Source: Candidatus Synechococcus calcipolaris G9 (lineage in GTDB: Bacteria; Cyanobacteriota; Cyanobacteriia; Thermosynechococcales; Thermosynechococcaceae). Taken from it: a stretch of 32,000 nt of DNA. A program made the translations under genes and the position numbers. The notes below the pieces were generated by a model that saw nothing but the letters and a program-made list of their open reading frames with translations, was not told the DNA's origin and made no database searches. Position 1 is the stretch's first letter. Every line of letters begins with the position of its first letter. The DNA lies in NCBI RefSeq assembly GCF_029582805.1, contig NZ_JAKKUT010000002.1, positions 1,886,942 through 1,918,941 of the forward strand, read 5' to 3'. This document shows positions 26,932 to 32,000 of this stretch, piece after piece.

Positions 26932-28560
26932 ATGATTAAACGCTGCGATCGCTGGGTTTGGCAACGCTGGATTTCTCTGTTTCTTCTGTTTGTGCTAACG
27001 GCCTGTACACCCTCTTTGGGGGACAGGGCTTTGGGGGATGGGGAGGCTAGGGGGCAAACCGTTGTCATTGGCACAACGGCCCGATTGCGTACCCTGGACC
27101 CAGCGGATGCCTACGAAGTCTTGGCGGGAACTTTACTTTATAATTTGGGCGATCGCCTCTATACCTATAAAAGCGGGACCACCGAACTGATTCCCCAGCT
27201 GGCTACGGCCCTACCGGAGGTGAGCGAGGATGGCTTGACCTATCGGATTCCCCTGCGCCAAGATGTCACATTCCATGATGGGACTCCCTTTAATGCCGCC
27301 GCAATGGTTTTTTCCCTGAAGCGTTTTATGGAGAGTGGGGGCCAACCTTCGGCCCTACTAGCGGGCAAAATTGCCGAGATCAGGGCGATCGCTGACTATG
27401 ACCTAGAACTACGCCTGACCCAACCCTTTGTTGCCCTGCCAGAACTCTTAACCTTTAGTGGTCTCTGTGCCGTTTCCCCCACTGCCTATGGTGATCAGGA
27501 AACCTTTCTTCCCACCCAGTTTGTGGGTACGGGGCCCTTCCGCCTCGTTTATTATGGTACCGATAGTATTCGCCTGGAACCGTTTCAAAACTATTGGGGC
27601 GAACCGGCCCAAAATCCAGGGGTGAGTATTCAAATTTTCTCTAGCAGTGCCAACCTCTACAATTCCTTCCGCACAGGTTCCATTGATATAGCGGCGGGAG
27701 CCTTAGATCCCAATCAAATTAAAGCCCTAAGTCAGCAACAGAGCGACCATCCCTGGCGGGAGATCACGGGATCCGGCAATATTATTTCCGTTCTGAGCAT
27801 TAATTTACGCCAACCGCCCTGGGATCAACAGCCCGCCCGACAGGCCCTAGCGGCAAGTATTAATCGTCAACGACTACAGGAGCGAGTTTTTCTGGGGCAA
27901 GCGGAACCCCTCTATTCGTTGGTTCCCACGATTTTTCCCGCCAGCCAACCCGACTTTCAGCAGTACGGCCCAACCACGCCGGAAACGGCCCAACGGTGGA
28001 CGACCCAGGCTGGTTTTTCCGGCGATCGCCCCCTGGTTGTCAATCTTTGGTATCGGGCCAATGTGCCCAGTAATGTTTTAGCCGCCACGGTTCTCAAGGC
28101 TTCCCTAGAGCGGGATTTAGGTGATCTGGTGCAGGTGCAACTGGATAGTTCCGAGTCTGCTACCATTTACCGAAACTTGGATACGGGGGCCTATCCCCTA
28201 GTGCTATTGGACTGGTATGGTGATTTTTTTGATCCAGATAATTATCTAGAACCCTTTTTAAGTTGTGATGCGGGTTCGGCAACCGATGGCTGTACCAGTG
28301 GGGCCAGTTTTGCCTGGGGATCCTTTTTCTATAGCCCCGAAGCCAATCAACTCATTGATCAAAGCCGAACGGAAGCTGATCCAGACCGCCGTAATGCCCT
28401 CTTCCAGGCCTTGCAACAACTGAATGCGGAGCAGGTTGCTTTCATTCCGTTGTGGGAAAATAAAAATCACCTATTTGCCCAGGAGAACATTGAGGGTTTA
28501 CAGCTAGAAGTAACCCAATCCTTTGCCTTCTCAACGCTTTCCAAGCAACCCACCCCATGA
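26932..28560 (+). CDS. Peptide/nickel-type ABC transporter substrate-binding protein (SBP family 5), lipoprotein
   Basis: Lipobox-like FVLTACTP; TARLRTLDPADAYEVLAGTLLYNLGDRLYTY...LIPQLATALPEVSEDGLTYRIPLRQDVTFHDGTPFNAAAMVFSLKRF. Confidence 0.9.
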   Translation: MIKRCDRWVWQRWISLFLLFVLTACTPSLGDRALGDGEARGQTVVIGTTARLRTLDPADAYEVLAGTLLYNLGDRLYTYKSGTTELIPQLATALPEVSEDGLTYRIPLRQDVTFHDGTPFNAAAMVFSLKRFMESGGQPSALLAGKIAEIRAIADYDLELRLTQPFVALPELLTFSGLCAVSPTAYGDQETFLPTQFVGTGPFRLVYYGTDSIRLEPFQNYWGEPAQNPGVSIQIFSSSANLYNSFRTGSIDIAAGALDPNQIKALSQQQSDHPWREITGSGNIISVLSINLRQPPWDQQPARQALAASINRQRLQERVFLGQAEPLYSLVPTIFPASQPDFQQYGPTTPETAQRWTTQAGFSGDRPLVVNLWYRANVPSNVLAATVLKASLERDLGDLVQVQLDSSESATIYRNLDTGAYPLVLLDWYGDFFDPDNYLEPFLSCDAGSATDGCTSGASFAWGSFFYSPEANQLIDQSRTEADPDRRNALFQALQQLNAEQVAFIPLWENKNHLFAQENIEGLQLEVTQSFAFSTLSKQPTP

Positions 28561-29321
28561 GTGCCCGCAAGCAGCGTTTAGATCTGCTCTTAGTGGAACA
28601 AAAACTCTGTAATTCCCGCCAACAGGCCCAGGGATTGATCCGGGCGGGGGAAGTGATGGTCAATAATACGGTAGTCGATAAACCGGGAACCCTCATTCCC
28701 ATGGGTGCTCAATTGCGGGTGAAACAGCGATCGCCCTACGTCTCCCGTGGTGGCGAAAAACTGGCCCATGCCCTGAAAACCTTTCCGATTCAGGTGCAGG
28801 ATCGTATTTGCCTAGATGGGGGGATTTCCACCGGCGGCTTTACGGATTGTTTGCTTCAAAACGGTGCAAAGCAAGTCTATGGAATTGATGTGGGTTATGG
28901 CCAGGTGGATTGGACCTTACGCCAGGATCCGCGGGTAATTCTCAAAGAACGGACGAATATTCGCCATCTCCGTCCCGAGCAACTCTATGAGCCCGATCAA
29001 CCCCAACCGGATTTAGGGGTATTGGATCTATCCTTTATCTCCCTGGCTAAGGTGTTGCCCGCAGTATGGGCCCTCCTAAGTCCGCCCAGAGAACTGATTG
29101 CCCTCGTGAAACCTCAATTTGAGGTGGGGCGATCGCAGGTAGGTAAACATGGTGTGGTTAAAGATGCCCACGCTCACCAAGGGGCGATCGCTCAGGTTCG
29201 TCAGGCGGCCGAAGACATTGGCTGGCATTACCAAGATGTGACCCCCTCTCCCCTACTGGGCCCCGCTGGCAATCAGGAATTTTTACTTTGGTTATTGGCG
29301 GAATCTTTGTATTGCACATAA
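28557..29321 (+). CDS. tlyA: TlyA family rRNA (cytidine-2'-O)-methyltransferase / hemolysin-like
   Basis: S4 domain KQRLDLLLVEQKLCNSRQQAQGLIRAGEVMVN, then YVSRGGEKLAHALKTF, CLDGGISTGGFTDCLLQNGA, YGVDVGYGQVDW-like YGIDVGYGQVDW. Confidence 0.93.
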   Translation: MSARKQRLDLLLVEQKLCNSRQQAQGLIRAGEVMVNNTVVDKPGTLIPMGAQLRVKQRSPYVSRGGEKLAHALKTFPIQVQDRICLDGGISTGGFTDCLLQNGAKQVYGIDVGYGQVDWTLRQDPRVILKERTNIRHLRPEQLYEPDQPQPDLGVLDLSFISLAKVLPAVWALLSPPRELIALVKPQFEVGRSQVGKHGVVKDAHAHQGAIAQVRQAAEDIGWHYQDVTPSPLLGPAGNQEFLLWLLAESLYCT

Positions 29322-29645
29322 AGGTTTAATAAAGAGAATACAGGGCTGTCGTTTGTTCAACCTCTTTACATCTTTATGACCTAGCAATTCCTGTACAGTA
29401 CGGATATCAAACCATTTTGAAGTAGATGCAGCAACGTTTTCTGTAATTGCAAGATGGGTAAGGAATGCCTCAACCTCTAGTGACCCCATATCTTTGGGGT
29501 GGCGTTTGTTATGAAAAAGGATATAGCGACGAATCCAGGCTACATAGCTTTGTTCAGTGCGGTAGCTATAGTGCTTGAGTCTGATGGCATCGCGGACTTG
29601 ATCTAAGAGTTTCCGCTTGGGATGATCTGGGGGCAAGGACTCCAT
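29292..29645 (-). pseudogene. intI: Integron integrase (IntI) remnant with large internal deletion
   Basis: N-terminal SAM-like part LLDQVRDAIRLKHYSYRTEQSYVAWIRRYILFHNKRHPKDMGSLEVEAFLTHLAITENVAAST is joined directly to the C-terminal fragment DIRTVQELLGHKDV; catalytic middle and the terminal Tyr region are missing. Track ORF extends to 29732. Confidence 0.85.
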
Positions 29646-29840
29646 GGAAAAATATGCAGTATAACACTCCTTCAATTTGGTGGTATAACTGTGAGAAGTA
29701 AAGGCCTGTAGCATTTTGAGCTTAAAGTGCATATCCGCTTAATTCTGTATATTATTTGCTTTCTACTGCGCTAAAAACCTTGCTTGATATGGGGTTTGAA
29801 CAAAAATGAAGTTTTGTATATCCTAGATATAGCAATTTTT

Positions 29841-29869
29841 GACACCTGTATATTCATGTGCTAAAATGT
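29841..29869 (+). promoter_or_regulatory. Candidate sigma70-type promoter directed into the cassettes (Pc-like)
   Basis: TTGACA (29841-29846), 17 nt spacer, TAAAAT (29864-29869). Confidence 0.6.
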
Positions 29870-29946
29870 TTCGTATCTTTATGAATATAGAGTTTTGGCT
29901 TTCTATTACTAAATTAGCTAGGCTGCTAATCGCTGCCTAATCAATA

Positions 29947-29953
29947 GTTAGCC
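29947..29953 (+). other. attI/cassette junction (G|TTAGCC)
   Basis: GTTAGCCGTC pairs at 8/10 positions with GACTGCTCAC (31056-31065) at the 5' end of the TIR cassette attC; lies between the divergent intI remnant and the first cassette gene. Confidence 0.55.
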
Positions 29954-30062
29954 GTCTCAATCTTTGAGTCTAGACAGTAAACCAGATCTATTTGAATTAG
30001 GTTATACTTTTGAAATAACAAGGTTGAACTTCCCTTGATTTAATACTAAGAAATCTTTCTTG

Positions 30063-31133
30063 ATGAGTAGAGATGCTGAGTTTGACATTGCGTTGTCATT
30101 TGCAGGAGAAAATCGTTCTTACGTCGATCAGGTCGCAAATCTATTAAGGGATGCAGGTGTAAAAGTTTTCTATGATCTTTTTGAAGAGGCAAACCTCTGG
30201 GGAAAGAATCTTTATGATTATTTGACAGAAATCTATAAAGATAAAGCGCTGTTCACAATTATGTTTGTTTCCGATCATTATGGTCGGAAGTTGTGGACAA
30301 ACCATGAGCGTCAGGCAATGCAGGCACGTGCGTTTCAAGAGAACCAGGAATATATTTTGCCTGCTAGATTCGACAATACTCAAATTCCGGGAATTTTACC
30401 CACCATAGGTTATGTATCTCTTAATAATCGCGATTCAAGTTCATTTGTGGAAGTGATTCTGAAAAAGCTTGTTTATAGTGGTCGAACTGTCCCATCCGAA
30501 TTGATTCGCAAGTCTCTTTTTTCAACCTCCACTATTCCAAAGGTTGATCCAATTAACTCAAAAGTCATAGTAAGGTCTACTGCTGGTGAGCCGATCTATG
30601 GTGCTAGCGTAATTGCGATTGCTGATAATGGCACCACAAAATCTGCATCAACTGATCAAGAAGGTGTTGCGGATTTAATTATTCCCACCCGCAGACTATA
30701 CAAGCTTCTAGTAGCTCACGCATCTTATCCTGGAGCCGTTATCGAATCCTGGGATCCTCATGAAGACGTTGAAGTTCAGTTGTTTCCAGCAGAAAAGATA
30801 GGGTCAGTTATTTGTGAATCTACCTGTTATATAAATGGACTGGCAGGAAGATTAAATCCTATTCTTGATACCAGTAATCGTACTTATCTTTATGCAGACA
30901 ATATCGCCATTGATGGTGGCAAGCAACAACCAGCTACGTTTAGCAATAATGTTCCTTTTGAGTTGGAAGACTGTAATGGTGTAATTATGCAGGTTCGTAT
31001 TTTATATATTCAGAGCCGCACGTCCTTAATTCAATACATTAAGTCTATGCCTGACGACTGCTCACAAGCGGCTGCACTCGGAACAGATTTGAACGCTATG
31101 GGTTATGATTCAAAGTGTTTTGCCGTCCGGTGA
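30063..31133 (+). CDS. TIR-domain protein with C-terminal beta-rich regions (cassette gene 1)
   Basis: DIALSFAGENRSYVDQVANLLRDAGVKVFYDLFEEANLWGKNLYDYLTEIYKDKALFTIMFVSDHYGRKLWTNHERQAMQARAF is a TIR domain; the rest includes IVRSTAGEPIYGASVIAIADNGTTKSASTDQEGVADL, resembling an Ig/CarboxypepD_reg-like fold. Confidence 0.85.
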   Translation: MSRDAEFDIALSFAGENRSYVDQVANLLRDAGVKVFYDLFEEANLWGKNLYDYLTEIYKDKALFTIMFVSDHYGRKLWTNHERQAMQARAFQENQEYILPARFDNTQIPGILPTIGYVSLNNRDSSSFVEVILKKLVYSGRTVPSELIRKSLFSTSTIPKVDPINSKVIVRSTAGEPIYGASVIAIADNGTTKSASTDQEGVADLIIPTRRLYKLLVAHASYPGAVIESWDPHEDVEVQLFPAEKIGSVICESTCYINGLAGRLNPILDTSNRTYLYADNIAIDGGKQQPATFSNNVPFELEDCNGVIMQVRILYIQSRTSLIQYIKSMPDDCSQAAALGTDLNAMGYDSKCFAVR

Positions 31134-31150
31134 GCCGCCAGCCGTTAGAA
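31056..31150 (+). repeat. attC-like site of the TIR cassette (degenerate R'')
   Basis: 5' GCTCACAAGCGGCTG...CTCGG and 3' CCGG TGAG CCGC CAGCCGTTAGAA: CGGCTG/CAGCCG arms plus R' GTTAGAA; R'' GCTAAC apparently mutated to GCTCAC. Confidence 0.6.
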
Positions 31151-31201
31151 GCTCTGCATACCAGGGGCATTTATCCCCAGAATAAGTTTTAAATAGCAAA
31201 G

Positions 31202-31834
31202 ATGGATTTTATTGAAGAAGCCGGTGCATACGCCTATCTTTTTACATCACGTGAATCTCTCACTCACGGATTCATTAGTGTCTTTGAATATTTGTCGAGA
31301 CTAATGCATCTTAAACAAATGCTCTCTCCTACAAGCCCTTTAAGGGAGCTAATTTTAGAAGAACTCTTTTGGCGACCTCCAGATTTGGAAGGGGATGGTT
31401 TTCGTTTAGAAGATACTGAAATCCAAGACTCAACTACTGAATCAGCAATAAGAGAAAAAGGAGAAGATACCGCTAATTGGATTCAAGGGTATGACGATGG
31501 TTATCTGGAGTTTTTAACCAAGTCTCAGGGTGTACTTGGGGATAAATGGATGTTTCATCAATATGATCATGATCATTTTCCTAGTATTCCTCATGGTCAT
31601 TTGAATAAGCAACACAGCACCAAGCTAGATGCGTATCGAGGCTACACTTACGACACACTAAGCAATAACAAACCCTTGAAACGTGAAAAAAAGCGTTTTA
31701 TCATTGAGTTGTGGAACAATCCTGAGTTTCGCACTTTTGCTATCAGAGCTATAGATTACTATCTAGAATACTTTCCCGCTTTTCAATGGCGAGTCTCGTA
31801 TCCGAGAAGACTTCCTAGAATCAAGCGCGTCTAA
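31202..31834 (+). CDS. Uncharacterised protein (cassette gene 2)
   Basis: 210 aa ORF whose stop TAA lies within the attC R'' (GTCTAAC), the standard cassette architecture; no family recognised. Confidence 0.75.
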   Translation: MDFIEEAGAYAYLFTSRESLTHGFISVFEYLSRLMHLKQMLSPTSPLRELILEELFWRPPDLEGDGFRLEDTEIQDSTTESAIREKGEDTANWIQGYDDGYLEFLTKSQGVLGDKWMFHQYDHDHFPSIPHGHLNKQHSTKLDAYRGYTYDTLSNNKPLKREKKRFIIELWNNPEFRTFAIRAIDYYLEYFPAFQWRVSYPRRLPRIKRV

Positions 31835-31915
31835 CAACCCTAGTGCAACGGATTGACCGAAACCGCCTTGTATTGTTGCAAAGTCTCTGGCAACCGCTGA
31901 CTAGGAACGTTATGC
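31829..31915 (+). repeat. attC-like site of cassette 2
   Basis: GTCTAACAACCCTAGTGCAACGG...CCGCTGACTAGGAACGTTATGC: R'' GTCTAAC, inner CCTAGT/ACTAGG and CGG/CCG arms, R' GTTATGC. Confidence 0.75.
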
Positions 31916-31966
31916 TGCTTCAGTTTTTTGTTCGGCAGTAAAAGTTCGTCTTGGTTTTTGGGTCAT
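31910..31966 (-). pseudogene. 5' fragment of a transposase orfA-like gene ending at the cassette boundary
   Basis: Reverse strand MTQKPRRTFTAEQKTEAA*, with AAGGAG 9 nt upstream; resembles the N-terminus of IS3-type OrfA proteins. Stop is formed at the G|TTATGC junction. Confidence 0.45.
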
Positions 31967-32000
31967 TTGGACATTCTCCTTCATTGGCGACTCTTGGAGT

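Larger units (their letters stand above)
29948..31909 (+). mobile_element. Integron cassette array remnant with two cassettes (29948-31144, 31145-31909)
   Basis: Each unit has one ORF plus a 3' attC-like element; junctions at G|TTAGCC (29947), G|TTAGAA (31144), G|TTATGC (31909); adjacent to the intI remnant. Confidence 0.75.

Noticed and set aside
1-32000. CRISPR array, Cas genes or retron/reverse transcriptase
   Set aside because: No regularly spaced identical repeats and no Cas1/Cas2 or RT motifs (for example YxDD) in the supplied translations.

Overview
This 32 kb window is chromosomal DNA from a cyanobacterium. Supporting evidence: frequent HIP1 octamers GCGATCGC, an HLIP, DUF4278 and DUF29 genes, phycobiliprotein-like genes and an exosortase/PEP-CTERM pair. 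Most of it is ordinary core or shell genes: arsS-like, gloA, csbD-like, hisH, cofH, DUF3352, pentapeptide repeats, hrcA, an MscS channel, an ABC ATPase, TldD/PmbA, tRNA-His, a peptide ABC SBP and tlyA. The most interesting part is a degenerate but recognisable integron at the right end. A deleted integron-integrase remnant lies on the minus strand (about 29292-29645), followed by an excellent rightward promoter (29841-29869) and an attI-like junction (29947/29948). Two cassettes follow on the plus strand: a TIR-domain gene with a beta-rich C-terminal region (29948-31144) and an unknown gene (31145-31909), each with an attC-like element, and then a truncated transposase start. A solitary cassette carrying a trypsin-like protease sits about 9 kb away (19654-20549). 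Its first 10 nt are perfectly complementary to the R'' end of its own attC, which is the sequence hallmark of a genuine cassette. Other observations: the TIR ORF appears to read through its own attC after a TAA to TCA change, a RelE/ParE-like toxin has an in-frame TGA at codon 10, a SinI/AvaII-like R-M pair has an HTH fused to the methyltransferase, a fused exosortase/EpsI-like protein overlaps a multi-TM PEP-CTERM-like protein, and a V4R gene precedes two phycobiliprotein-like globins. All database identities are from recalled family motifs; no searches were run.
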